From: Octopus sinensis | Lineage: Eukaryota | Direction: 5' to 3' | NCBI RefSeq assembly: GCF_006345805.1 | Contig: NC_043013.1 | Span: 52,514,001-52,578,000 of the forward strand | Length of the DNA stretch: 64,000 nucleotides | Shown: in pieces, positions 12,936 through 27,149 of the stretch | How positions within the stretch are numbered: the first letter of the stretch is position 1 | Layout of the letters: each line of letters begins with the position of its first letter | The notes under the pieces: model-generated | The model's database searches: none | The model's input: the letters and a program-made list of their open reading frames with translations, nothing else | Told to the model about the DNA's origin: nothing | Translations under genes and position numbers: made by a program

Positions 12936-14200
12936 TTATATTAATGCATCTTGTTGCCGCTGTTGCTCTTTTGATTGTTGTTGTTGTTGTTGACGACGAT
13001 GATAGTGATGATGATGATGACGACGACGACGACGATGACGATTGCGATGTGGATGATGTTTTCCCTACAACAAAGATGCACCAGTGGAAACTGATGCGTC
13101 GTTCATGATAAATGAATTGTAATTGAGGGTTGTGTGACCCCTGAAGTAATATCTGGTCCCAAACACACACCAGCCATTTTCTTACACACTCATAGATACG
13201 CACACGCATGCACTCACATACACATACATACACACGCACTCATGCTCTGAGACACACACACACACACACACAAAACACTGCACATCCTTAAAGTAATTGC
13301 ATTTGCAACCAACACCGCCGTCGCCGTCACATCATCATCATCGTCGTCGTCGCCGTCGTCATCATCACAGTATTCATCATTATCTTCATCATCTACATCA
13401 TTATTCACATCATTGTCGACATTATCAATATCAGCATCAGCATCATTATCATCATCATCACCCTCGTCGTCGTCATCCCCATCATCAGCATAGTTGTAGT
13501 AGTTGCAATAGCAGAAGTAGTGGTAATAGTCATTGAGGCAGTGGTGGTGGTAGTGATAGTGGTGGTAGTGGTGGAGATTGTGGCGGTGGAGGGCGTGGAC
13601 AACATTTGAATTTCATAAATCAAGCCAAACAGCCATATTTGTTGATAAAAAATATTTCATGGCAAACATAGTTGTCTCCCCTGTTTCTCATTCACATTCC
13701 ACCCCCACCTCACCCCTTCTCTTTCCCTTCATCCAATAAAACTTCTTTTTATCTACCTTTTCTTCCTCTTTTTCCCTTCCACTTCTTCCTTATATATTTC
13801 TTTGCTTCAATTTCTTTCTTTCCTTCTTTCTTTCTCTTTAGTCTCTCTCTCTCATCTCTGTCCTCCATTTCTCTCTCTTTGTATGTTTGCGAATGCGTAT
13901 CTGCATGTGATTCTCTGTAATTATGCATTCTCGCCATACCTCAGCTATTCTATATCTGTTTGACAGAATGTGGGCCGCACCGCTGGCCATAAATAGAAAA
14001 CTCCGCATTTCACACACAGTATACAACGCACACACACAGCATACAAACCGACATCTGCAAATAAACACAGATGCATATATACCACCGTATATGCAGGCAT
14101 AAAAGATCGCGCATACATGAAACACTTCAAACATACGCATGCTGAAAAACTTGCGAAGACATCTGCATAAAATGACATGTATTTGATTACACACACATAT

Positions 14201-14233
<33 letters not shown>

Positions 14234-14464
14234 ACACACACACACACACACAGAAACACGTATACAGTTAGGCATACAAAAAATATGCATGCACACAACT
14301 AAATGCTCCCTGTCTGGATTTTGTCAGGCTGTAAAAAGACATTAATAGGGGGTGGGCCACACCTACAACACACACCAAGCACAGACATATTTACCACACA
14401 CACACACACACACAACATATAAGTATGCCTGCGCTTATATATATATATATATATATACACACAC

Positions 14465-14557
<93 letters not shown>

Positions 14558-14828
14558 CAGTTAGAGGTTATGTTAGCCTCATGAAGGTATGTGTCATCCA
14601 AGGAAATACTGGTTCAATACTTAATATTTTGGGGAAATTGATTTCCTTAAGATAATAGGTGTGTATATAGATTGTAGTTAGAACTTATAAACTCTTAACT
14701 TCACAATCTCCATTTTCTTATTCTACTTACATTTTATATATATATATGGTTGAAATTTATAGAAAAAAAAAACAGGTGAATGAACAGCAACAAAGTATCA
14801 GTTTGACGCTCGGGAAAAATGAAGAAGG

Positions 14829-14864
14829 CTTTTATGTTTCGAGCCTACGCTCTTCGACAGAAAG
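14829..14864 (-). ncRNA. Minimal type I hammerhead-ribozyme-like motif (degenerate) in a short repeat also present at 62734
   Basis: Minus strand reads CTTT-CTGTCGA-A-GAGC(GTAG)GCTC-GAAA-CAT-A-AAAG. Stems I and II pair; the core deviates from CUGANGA at A6, and stem III is mismatched. Confidence 0.3.
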
Positions 14865-15159
14865 GAACTAGAGAAAATAAATAGAGAGGGAAGGAGAGTG
14901 AAAAACAACTTGTAGATTTCAGCGGGCCAGCATGGCGAATGTGTATATATATATATATATATAATGTCTGCCTTCCAATTGCTGTTTTTACTGAGATCTC
15001 CCTTTTTAGTAGAAGAAATAGCTATAACTCTTTGACTGCTATTTCTAAATTCGGTATGTGGTAAGGCAATTCGTTGCTAAACCCTTTATTGCTTTGTATA
15101 TATATATATATATATACACATACATACATATCTGCTACATACCTGTGATAAAATAATTA

Positions 15160-16435
15160 TTGAGTTAGCAACTAAGTTCCAGCGGTTTTTTTTAATTTTG
15201 GAATTTATTGCGTTTATAAATCTATTTTCTACGAGAATTCTATTTTTGAATCCTTTTGGAATCTTTTTTTTTTCTTTCCCAGTTAATTTTACTTAATTTT
15301 TGTTTATTTTCAGATCATTGAAAAGGAACGTGAAGTTAAGAAAAACGAGCATTTTCGACACCTTTTTGCTTTTAATCAAGGTTTTAAGACCGCAAAAGCT
15401 GCTCGCGTCATTTGTGCTGTGTATGGAGAGGGTGCCATAGCTGAAAGAACCGCTCGTGATTGGTATACCAAGTTCAAAAATAGAAATTTTGACCTTAAAG
15501 ACGTACCTCGTTCTGACCGTCCAGTTGAGTTCGATGAAGAGCGATTAAAACAACTTTTGCTCGAAAAATCACGTCAAACGACAAGAAAACTGGCAGGGAA
15601 AATGGAATGTTCCCACACTGCTATAGAGAAGCATCTTCACTCGATGGGAAAGGTTCAGAAGTATGGAGCATGGGTTCCACAAGCTTTAAATGAGAACAAC
15701 AAAAATCAACGAGCCACAATCTCCGCTGGCTTGCTTGCTCGTCATTGCTCAACTCATGGACACAAGCAACGATTTCTTTACCGAATCGTTACTGGCGACG
15801 AAAAACGATGCCTGTAAATCAATATGAAGCTTAAGGAATGGCTTAGCCCCGGTAAACAAGCAACACCGCGCGTGAAACAAGATCTTCATCCGCGTAAAAC
15901 GATGTTGTGCGTATGGTGGGACTGGGAAGGGATTATCCATTACGAATTGCTTTAACGGAACCAAACGGTCAACGCGGAACTCTATGTTCAACGGATGGAG
16001 CGACTCAACACGGCTATTCAAGAGAAAAGACATAATCGGCAGCATGGAGTTCTTCTGCTGGAAGTCAACTCCCGCCCTCGTATCGCCAATACGACCAACG
16101 AAGCCATTCAAACGCATGGCTGGGAAGTGCTGCCACACCCGCCGTACTCTCCTGATTTGGCACCAACGGATTTCCACCTCTTTCGATCTCTTTCAAATGC
16201 TATGCGCGGAGTTTCGTTCAATACTGATGCAGAATTGAGAGCTTGGTTGGGTCAATTTTTCGAGTCGAAATCGGATATTGAAAACAAGGACGAGGTATTG
16301 AAAATATTGTTGAACGTTGGGAAGAAGTTGTAAACAACAATGGTGAATACATTATTGATTATTTAGTTGTTAGTTTTATTAAACTTTTTAAAAAATTTAA
16401 ATTACAAAACGGCGGGAACTTAGTTGCCAACCCAA
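15160..16435 (+). mobile_element. Full-length mariner (DD34D-type) DNA transposon, 1276 bp, inactive
   Basis: TIRs TTGAGTTAGCAACTAAGTTCC / GGAACTTAGTTGCCAACCCAA, TA duplication on both sides, internal transposase. Confidence 0.95.
15321..16362 (+). pseudogene. Mariner transposase pseudogene
   Basis: Motifs HTH region, WVPQAL (WVPHEL-like), IVTGDEK, MLCVWWDWEG and YSPDLAPTD. Start codon lost, in-frame stops (e.g. 15815), frameshifts, and the second catalytic Asp context reads EVNSRP instead of HDNARP. Confidence 0.92.
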
Positions 16436-17278
16436 TAAATATAACTATATAAAGGGTATGAATACATACGAAACGAACCCACAAACATACATGAACTTCA
16501 TGGACGGCCATAACGATGTCAACAACACAACTAACACGGTCAGCAGCAGCGACGGTGCCATCGATGGCAATAACTACAACAACTACCACATGGCAACACC
16601 GTGGCCGAACACACATACACAGAGGAATACAGGAACTGTACCGTATTTTGGGGTCTTAGGACAGCAGCAGCACAATGGAGTGAGAGGATGGGGCTGCTGA
16701 GGGGGAAGGCCACATTGCGGCTAAAAACTATTACACACACGCACCCATACATACACACATACACACATACACATACACAAACACACACACACACGCGCGC
16801 GCGCACACAAACACACACATACACACACACACACAAAGAAGGACACAAACGCATATGCACAATCGGATACACATCTTAGGAGAACAGAATTGAGTAAGTG
16901 GAGCAAGAGCAAACACGAAAACGAAAAGTGTCGCTGAAGATGTCACAGGTGTGTAACGAAATATTTCTGGACAATGGACATGAGTTAAAATACTTAAAAT
17001 ATTAAAAGAAGAACAGTAATAAACGAATGAAGAAAAAAAAATGCAGTGCGTGTGTTTATTTGGCAAAAAGAAAATAAACAAAATGACCGTCCCGAAATAC
17101 AATATATATAAACATACTCTCTCACACACAAAAATACAAAAGTGCCATTAATAGTTTTGTGCTTTGGGTACATTAAATTGGCGAATTTATGTAACATGGT
17201 ATGTATCTCCAACGAATCTTTCAGGCTCTGTTCATGTAAGTATGGTATGCTTTTGTATGTACATATTTATATAGTAAA

Positions 17279-17600
17279 GGCGTGTGGCTTAGTGGTTAGG
17301 GCATTCGGCTCGTGATCGTAAGGTCGTGAGTTCAATTCCCGGTGACGCGTTGTGTCCTTGAGCAAGACACTTTATTTCACGTTGCTCCAGTCCACTCAGC
17401 TGTCAAAAATGAGCAGTACCTGTATTTCAAAACGGCCGGCCTTGTCACACTCTGTGTCTCGCTGAATCTCTCTGAGAACTACGTTAGGAGTACACGTGTC
17501 TGTGGAGTGCTCAGCCACTTGCTCGTTAATTTCACGAGCAAGATGTTCCGTTGACCGTATCAGCTGGGACCCTCGTCGTCGTAACCGACGGAGTGCTTCT
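17279..17600 (+). mobile_element. tRNA-derived SINE family C with CORE-like central domain
   Basis: A-box TGGCTTAGTGG and B-box GAGTTCAATTCC; central GTTGTGTCCTTGAGCAAGACACTTTA..CCAGTCCACTCAGCTG..AAAAATGAG resembles the CORE-SINE domain. Second copy at 47856. Confidence 0.8.
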
Positions 17601-18042
17601 TTATTCCTTTACATATTGTGTAACTATATACATCGTGTAACTATATACTGTGTAATGTTGGCTTAGATAGACGAAACTCACTGCCAATTCTATTCTTGTT
17701 ATAGAATAAAATATATGTATTCTACAAACGTATGGAGTGGCCCATCTGATTCATATAAGGCTGCTTTATTATAACTGAGCATTAAGAAGGAAAACAAATA
17801 CACACACGCACACACACGCACACACACGCGCACACACATTTATCTCACCATTTATATATACGTGTGTGGATATGTTGGTGGATCCGTGCGTGTGTATGTA
17901 TGAGTTAAGCTTAAATAGAATGACGCTATAAATAAGATATATAAAATAGAATTCATCCACACATGCACTCTATAGATATTGAATCGGGCCATTCAGAGAT
18001 GGTTCCTACGTATCTATACGTGGGTCTCTGCCTGTCAGTGTG

Positions 18043-18085
<43 letters not shown>

Positions 18086-18124
18086 TGTATACATAAATAC
18101 ATACATGCCTCAAACGAAAACAAT

Positions 18125-19085
18125 GAGGCAGGGTCTTAACACCGATCCAAACTGCCTTTGAATGTCGAATTATATCCCTTCAGCAATATATTTTAACCAG
18201 CAAGTGTCGAAGTGCATCCCTTGACCAAGTTTGCAGACATCCGGTCACTGACATCATAAAGCTTGGAAAGCAGCTCCTTGAGCACCATTCCTTGTCTGAT
18301 GCCCAGAGAAGTCGCACGACTCTACCGCAACTTATTATCAGATGAAAGGATGAGCATATATGTTAGTAGAAAGATCCGAAATAATAGTAACACTGATCAT
18401 CAAAGCAGCCTATAGTGGCCCAACAACCGGGTTACTACTTCTCACCTTGAAGAATATGCGTTCGCAATCCACAAACAGGGAATACCAGCCAAATACCTGA
18501 TACACAAAAGGGTCAGAGGTGCAAGAAAAGCAGTAAAATTTGACAACCGATGTAGATTTTGTGGAGGTAACACCGAAGGGATCACCCAAATCGTAGGCAG
18601 TTGTTCAAAAATGTCATCACGATATTATCTAATCATGAGACATGATATTGGAACCAGACACTATTATGCCGAGATTATTTGAAAGAATAACTACGAGGAC
18701 AAAGTAATAAGAACCGATAAAATGGCGAAAGCCATAGCCACACATAATAAAATGAAATGGTGGAATGTCTCAGTGAAAACCTCAATAAAATGTAAGCACA
18801 CCAGACCTGATATAATGATTTCAGATAGAGAGGAGAAACTGTGTACAGTTGTTGAAGCTGAAGATAAGTGAAAAAGAGAATATATACGCTGAATTATTGA
18901 GAAATCTGCACTTACTCTATCAAGATTACAAGTTCAGGTAATTGTTACGGCATTGGGATATGTAACACACTGCCTAAATACCAATCTTGGGAAATTAGGC
19001 TTCTCAAAACCAGAAAGGACAAAGCTGATTCGAAGACTACAGATCCAATCCATCACTGGAACTGTAAAACCCTCTAGCACAAGCC
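18125..19085 (+). mobile_element. Degraded R4/Dong-clade non-LTR retrotransposon (RT thumb, zinc knuckle, RLE endonuclease)
   Basis: Fragments GRVLTPIQTAFECRII, CRFCGGNTEGITQIVGSC..RHD (from 18551), WWNVSVKTSIKCKHTRPDIMISDREEKLCTVVE and LIRRLQIQSITGTVK; many stops and frameshifts. Confidence 0.8.
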
Positions 19086-19667
19086 AGAAGTTTATCATTT
19101 GAATTTATATGAGCATGTCTAAATATGCGACTATATGCATGAGAATACATACATAAAACAAAACATACAAATCTGCACGTATACATACATACATACAAAA
19201 ATACCCTGTTGTCGATGTTGAAAGTCCGATGAAGGAGCCTTGCATCTATGATAGAAACCGGCTCTTTTTCTATTGGCAAGAAATTTTAAAATAAAATACA
19301 ATAATGACACGCATGCATACATACATACATACATACATACATACATACATACATACATACATAAATGACGTGGTAAATGCCTTTAACTGTTAAATTCGCA
19401 CAGAAAATATAAAAGAATAATATCTCCGTCCAAATAAAGACTTAACTCCACTGCATATTATGACTGGCGGTTTCAGCAGCTTTTACCGTTGATGTAATAT
19501 TCAAAGAACGCACGCGAATAAAGTTCCATATTGGATATGCTAAACGGGGAAACTAAAGATCAGAGTGAATTCTGTGATTAATCAAACATTTAAATCAAAT
19601 TATATAAATGTGCGAATGTGATAATGTGTATCTGTATATAGTCATGTATATACATGCATATGTATAA

Positions 19668-19750
<83 letters not shown>

Positions 19751-19753
<3 letters not shown>

Positions 19754-19881
19754 AAAAAGGGACAGGCAAAAGGTTGCTTGACCGCACGGAGTCCAACTTT
19801 GATAGAAATAAGTATTCTTGACTGCTATTTCTATTTTTTCGGTATGCGGTCAAGCAACCTGTTTGCCTGTCCCTTTTTCTT
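19751..19881. mobile_element. Short hairpin MITE inserted in (TA)n
   Basis: Arms AAGAAAAAGGGACAGGCAAAAGGTTGCTTGACCGCA (19751-19786) and their reverse complement (19845-19881, one inserted base), flanked by TATA. A diverged relative lies at about 14965-15095. Confidence 0.8.
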
Positions 19882-20471
19882 ATATACAATATATATACTG
19901 AACTTTACAGAAGTTCCTGCCGGTAATCGGCTATATTTACATACCGAATTCTACCAGTAAATAATTGGGGTTTTTTTAAAAGCCTTTATAGAAATTATTT
20001 ACTCTTATTACTATATTACTATTTGGATTTTTCACTCCCTTATGACAACCTAATTGTTCCCCATCTTATGGAACTATTTTTGTAATGCGCATGGCAAAAT
20101 TTTGGAGGGAAGATTTACGAATTCAAACGTCTATGTAGGTTTAGCTTTTGCTCACTTTCTTCAAATATTTTGATGTCGCATGGTCAGAAGGTTTGAGGTA
20201 CGTAGCATTTGATAAATCTATGATAAATCTTTTTCAATGGAAAGCTGTGCTGAAGAAGGATGTGAAATATATATGCAATGTATATGAAATATATATCAAA
20301 AATATATAGGAATATATATTCAATATGTTTATAATCCAGAAACATGATGTTCACAGATAACCGCCAGACTTCGTATTCGTTATCTATTCCTTCTGTTTTG
20401 CATATTCTACCAGTAAATAATTTTAATTGGGGTTTTTTTAAAAGCCTTTATAGAAATTATTTACTCTATTA

Positions 20472-20502
<31 letters not shown>

Positions 20503-20529
20503 ACATATAGATATATATAATATATATTA

Positions 20530-20596
<67 letters not shown>

Positions 20597-20656
20597 TACA
20601 TACATATATATATATATATGTATTATGTGTAATATATACACACTATATAATGTGTA

Positions 20657-20729
<73 letters not shown>

Positions 20730-21622
20730 GTATGTAAATAGTATATAACTATATATGCATGTAAACACTACGTGTTTCCGAAAGCCCGGAGATAGTGAAA
20801 GCTCCTTCCGAAAAATATTTTCATCATAAAGAGTGTTTTAATGTGCATATTGTAACGATTTTTGTACATGATTTTAAAATTTTTATAGAAGAAAATATTT
20901 TTTTAGGATTTCACCAAAACATTTTATTTTCATGCTTATATATTCATAGAGAAGAGAATTTTAACAAGATGAGGGAAGATAACGCAGGTGACTGCTTCGA
21001 TATGCTAAATTAACTATATATATATATATACATACAGACATACCCACGCACGCACACATGTGTGTGTTTGTGCGTGTGTGTAACTATAAGCTCCAAGGAT
21101 TTATCTGTAGCAAGTTTGAAAGCTTCGAGCAGTCTGTGGTACGTAGAAGAAATACAATTTTCAGGAACAATAATAATTGCCGACGTTTGTAGGCTTTTCC
21201 CGTATCGAAGTTCGATGAGGTGAAAAATGTTTTTCATAGCTCACGGTAGGCAACTTGAGTTGCTATGAACGTGAATAAAAATCCAAATTCAGAGAGTGGA
21301 ACAGGTAAAATTCAGGCTACATATGTTTCTTCATTAGAAGATCATCTGATGTAATAATTACTCAACGCCGGATGCTCATCCAGGTGCTTACCTGGCCGTG
21401 GATACCTTAATTATATGAAGGCTACATTGTCGTTAAAGGATCCCAAGTGAATTCGCCCAACATATAATTTTACATGCTCCACTCCCTCAATTTCGATATA
21501 CATATATATGTCTGCATATACATGTGTATATATGTATATACATATAAATATATATGTATGCTTATATATATATATATATATATATATGTGTTGTGTGTGT
21601 GTGTGTGTGTGTATGGTATATA

Positions 21623-21677
<55 letters not shown>

Positions 21678-21806
21678 TATTTATATACGTATATATATAT
21701 AAGTATATATATTTACTTTGTCAGAGACACACACATTTGCATATATGTACATATACATAGGTACATATACATATATATGTGTGTGTGTATATATACATAA
21801 CACACA

Positions 21807-21844
<38 letters not shown>

Positions 21845-22041
21845 CATATGTGTGTGTACATGCACATATATCAATTTGCATATATGTATGCATACATGTA
21901 CACATAGGTATAAGTCTAATACATATACATCCACACATACATCCACACACCCACTCATATATATATATATATATATATACACACAGATACATATCTATAT
22001 ATATATATATACATGCATACGCATACAGTTATGCTCATAGT

Positions 22042-22158
<117 letters not shown>

Positions 22159-22666
22159 CGTGTGTGGTTGAGTGCGTGAGAAAGTGTTCCCGCACATGTA
22201 TCTGAGATGCCGAAATCTATAAAAAAAAAGTATTAGAAACTCTAGCAAAAAATATATATATATACAAAAATAAAATAAAAAAATATTCTTCAATATCCAG
22301 AAAGGAATCGGTTCTAAAATGTATCCTAAAACCCAGTACATTAACACTCCCTTATAGAGATTTCTCGATTTCCATGGCAATTATGGTAAATTATATGAAA
22401 ATACCCGACTGGAATATTATAGCGTCAGATTAGATTACCATATTTATGGTTCCATATTGCGTCTCAATTGTTTAGACGTTTAGGTTTACCATGTTGCATG
22501 GAGGTGAGTAGGTGTGGACGAGAGATGCCTACAAACCTTTGAGTAAGACGGCCTCGTTCCATCTATGCTTATATATGTGTGTGCGTATATATATATATAT
22601 ATATCTTAATGTATTTATATGTGTGTTCGCGCGTATGAGTGGGTGGGTGCGTATACATCCATTCGT

Positions 22667-22708
<42 letters not shown>

Positions 22709-23031
22709 CACATATATATATAACGAGAGAGAGATTTATACATATATATATATATTTATATATGTATATAGTTGTTAATCAATCGTATGGTATATAAGTA
22801 TATATAAGTAAATATATGCATATATATATATAATAGTATATATGCATATCCTTATATTCTATATATTTATTATGTATAATATTTAGATGTATTTAAACAT
22901 ATATTTATAACTTAGGTGTATATACATATATATATGTGTGTGTGGGTATACTATAAATATATAAAATATATTATATATATATATTATCGTTATCATCCTT
23001 ATCATTATTATTATTAATTGTATTTTTATTA

Positions 23032-23093
<62 letters not shown>

Positions 23094-23184
23094 ATTATCC
23101 TCACCATTTTATTATATTTTCCATTATCTTTAGGTATATATACATACATACGTACCTACATACATACATACATACATACATACA

Positions 23185-23220
<36 letters not shown>

Positions 23221-23485
23221 TATATATACACACATATATATATATAGGAAGTCACGCGGACAGACAAATATACATGTGTGTGTGAGTGGAAGTGTTACGT
23301 TTAGTAGTTATAATGATGCACTCATGATCGCATGATTGTGGTTTCGAGTGCTGTACGGGGCGATGCCACGAAAAACATCTCATTTCAAGTTGCTTCACAC
23401 CACACACCTGAGGTGGGTTAATATAGACGCCAGAGAATAAGGTAAACCCCACGCGACAATGGCTCGGAGGCGAATTTTGATACTA

Positions 23486-23546
<61 letters not shown>

Positions 23547-23761
23547 CGTGTGTGTGTACATGTGTCTGCTTGTTTTTAACTTTAAGAATAAGTGCTGAAT
23601 ATAATTGACCAAAGTTGAAGTTTCACACACATCCTTACACACACACACATCCTTCCACACACACACACACTCTATACAAAGAAACTCTCACGCATACACA
23701 TTCACACATTTGTAGGCGTGTGCGTATGCGAACGAATAAATGCATACACAAAAATATAGAG

Positions 23762-23875
23762 AGGCGCAGGCATGGCTGTGTGGTAAATAGCTTGCTTACG
23801 AACCACACGGTTCCAAGTTCAGTCCCACTGCTTGATATCTTGTCTTCAACTATAGCCTCGCACCGTCGTACCTTT
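23762..23875 (+). mobile_element. SINE family A, head only
   Basis: GGCGCAGGCATGGCTGTGTGGTAA..GTTCAGTCCCACTGC. Confidence 0.7.
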
Positions 23876-24546
23876 TTCTGGCTTTCTGACCACCAAATCG
23901 AAGGGCTAATAAATTATGTCTTTTTTTTCCTATTTATTTTCAGAGATGCTGCCGCATCCCCGCAATCACGATGCTTTTCAGTTGGCCATTGAACCAGTGA
24001 TTTTGGTCTTCCAGACAACTGACCCTATTGCAGATAATATTGCATTGCGTGGGACAACGTAGACGTACAGTTCTATGCGCAAACACATATGCAAACACAC
24101 ACACGCACACATAGATTTACAAGCGTATACACCCAGAAAATAGTTTATGCTTTTTACTCTCTAAATACTTTCAGTCAATTTGCGATGGTCATGTTGGGAT
24201 ACAGTCGCTAGGAGTTACTAGTCGATCACACTTATTATCTATCTGCTTGTCTATCTCTTCACCTATCTATATTTCTATCAATTTATCTGTTTATCTATTA
24301 TATTTGTCTATTAATGTGTGTGCATTTGTGTATATGTATGTGGATGTGCCTGTGTGTCTGTGTATGAGCCCGATGTTTGTATATACAAAAAGGGCTTCCA
24401 AGCAGTTTCCATCTGTCAAATGTCAAATTCACTCGTAAGACATTAGCCCGGGTCTACAGTTGAAAACACCGTTATATACATACACACACACATACATACG
24501 TACATATATACATATATATATGTGTGTGTGTGTGTATGTATGTATG

Positions 24547-24580
<34 letters not shown>

Positions 24581-24630
24581 TGTATGTATGTATGTATGTA
24601 TGTATGTATGTATGTATGTATAAATATATA

Positions 24631-24819
24631 TGAGGATATTTTGTGGCGGCTTAGCATGCGTAGAAAAACCAATAAAGGTAAAATTATCAATTAATAATTG
24701 AGAGTACGAACAGGTAGTATGGACATGCTAAAATGGTAGTCAAAATGACCTTCTGGATTGGTCATCTTGGCTGCTATTTTAACATGCCGTTACTGTGTGT
24801 TCGTACCCTTAATTATTAA
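24631..24819. mobile_element. Unclassified element 'family E' with a unique left end and an internal inverted repeat
   Basis: Left end TGAGGATATTTTGTGGCGGCTTAGCATGC is also at 25955 and, diverged, at 30768. Inverted arms at about 24691-24735 and 24774-24819. Confidence 0.55.
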
Positions 24820-24832
24820 TATATATATATTC

Positions 24833-25015
24833 TTTTATTGCTTTATTTGTTTCTGTCATTTGACTGCGGTCATGCTAGAGCACCGTCTTTCGTCGAGCAA
24901 ATCGTCTTTGTAAGCCTAGTCGTTATTCTATCGGTTTCTTTCTCCGAACCGGTAGGTTACGGAGTTACGGGGACGTAAACACACCAGCTTCGGTTGTCAA
25001 GCGATGTTGGGAGAA
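24833..25015 (-). mobile_element. SINE family A, 3' half
   Basis: CATTTGACTGCGGTCATGCTAGAGCACCG..GTTACGGGGACGTAAACACACC..GGTTGTCAAGCGATG. Confidence 0.75.
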
Positions 25016-25056
<41 letters not shown>

Positions 25057-25161
25057 CATACACAGTATATAAATATATATATATATATATAATAATACCA
25101 CAGTTATATATAATATATATATATATATACACACGCACACACAACACACAATATATATATA

Positions 25162-25205
<44 letters not shown>

Positions 25206-25910
25206 ACCATATATATATGACTCGTGTGTGTGTGTGTGTGTGTGTGTTTGTTGTGGTAAGTTGTATATAAAAATATTCAAGGAGAAACTGAAGAATTACT
25301 TAAAACTTTTAGTAGACATCGTGTTTTTTAAAAATTTTACAGAAAGACAAGTGACAGTAAGACCGTGTGCTAGGAGGCAGAAACTTCGAGGTTACAGTCA
25401 CCCTCCTCTGGAAAAGTTTATATTTACTCATACATGCAGTATATTCAAATATACGCACATGTACCCAGCAATAAGTAACACAGTGTGTGTGTGTGTGTCT
25501 AAAAAATATGCAATATAAATAGAAAAAAAAAAGCCTATACGTGACGGACGAAGTCTAGTAGTCAAGGTTATGGCATTACATCTATGTGAACAACAGGTCT
25601 ATTTTGGTCTTGCACTGGTCACTGGTCAGACAATACGCTACTGTACGGACAAGCCTGTTTGGAGGCGGACCACTTCCGATACACCGACGCTACTGCTACT
25701 GCGGAGATAGTCACGCAGTACAGACCTAAAGAACATCCGTTCCGAAAACACTCACACATACAGGTATACATTTATACATATATGCATACACACACATACA
25801 TACATACATACATACTTATATGGAAACACACACATACACGCACATATATATATATATATATACAGACCTACTGACACATGTTTATATATATGTAACTCTC
25901 TGTATGTGTA

Positions 25911-25944
<34 letters not shown>

Positions 25945-25994
25945 GTAATATATATGAGGATATTTTGTGGCGGCTTATGTATGTATATATATAT

Positions 25995-26026
<32 letters not shown>

Positions 26027-26395
26027 CATATATATATCATACATATATTATATATATACACACACATACAGAGAGTATAGATACATACATACAGATATAC
26101 ATACGTACATATATGCATAGATGAATGGATGGACAGACAGACAGACAGACATATATGTAGATAGATAGATAGATAGCTAGATAGATAAATAGATGCGTAT
26201 TTATATATACATACATATATACGCATATATGTATGCGCGTGTATGTATGTGTGTATGTATGTATTTGTGTAAGTATGTGTGTATGCCTATAAATATATAT
26301 GTGTGTCCGCGTGTGTTTTATTGTGTTTATGAATGTTTGTATATTCGTAATTATATATATGTGAATATATATATGTGTGTATATATATATGTGAA

Positions 26396-26453
<58 letters not shown>

Positions 26454-26719
26454 ACACAACACAACACACACAGGCACACACATATGTATGAATGCCTGTG
26501 TGCAATCATTAGATTTTAAGGAAGTTCCCGCCTTCGCTGTCCGCAGGAGTAGACGGGAACATTTCTGAAATAACAGGACAGCAGTCAAGTTTGCGCTTTC
26601 AAACTTTCTGAACCTAAACAGGTACATGTGCCTTGGGAAAATCGAAGGCGTCACACTTCCGTCTCCGTCACGCTCTTCTCTCCTATGTGTGCATATGTGC
26701 GTGCGTGTATGTGTGAGTA

Positions 26720-26765
<46 letters not shown>

Positions 26766-26807
26766 TGTGTGTGTGTGCGTGTGTGTGTGTGTGTTTGTAC
26801 GCGACTT

Positions 26808-26840
<33 letters not shown>

Positions 26841-27149
26841 CGAGAGACAGACAGACACAGACAGAGAGAGAGACAGGGAGACAGACAGACAGTCAGACAG
26901 ACAGGCAGAGAAAAGAGTGGGAGAGAGAGATGGTAAGAAAGATGGGGGAAGGGAGAAAAATTGATTGCTAGATAGGTAGATGAGTGTGTGTATAAATGTA
27001 TGCATTTATCAACGTATACACACACACGTGCATGCATATGCATACATACATATATACATACATACACACACACACACATACATACATACATAGATGCATA
27101 CAAACAGATAGACATACGTACATACATACATACATACCAATGACGTGAT

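Noticed and set aside
16458-16700. 80-aa ORF MNTYETNPQ.. and similar short ORFs in unique sequence (59371, 63645, 7926, 42451)
   Set aside because: No recognisable domain, partly built from degenerate triplet repeats, and of a length expected by chance.
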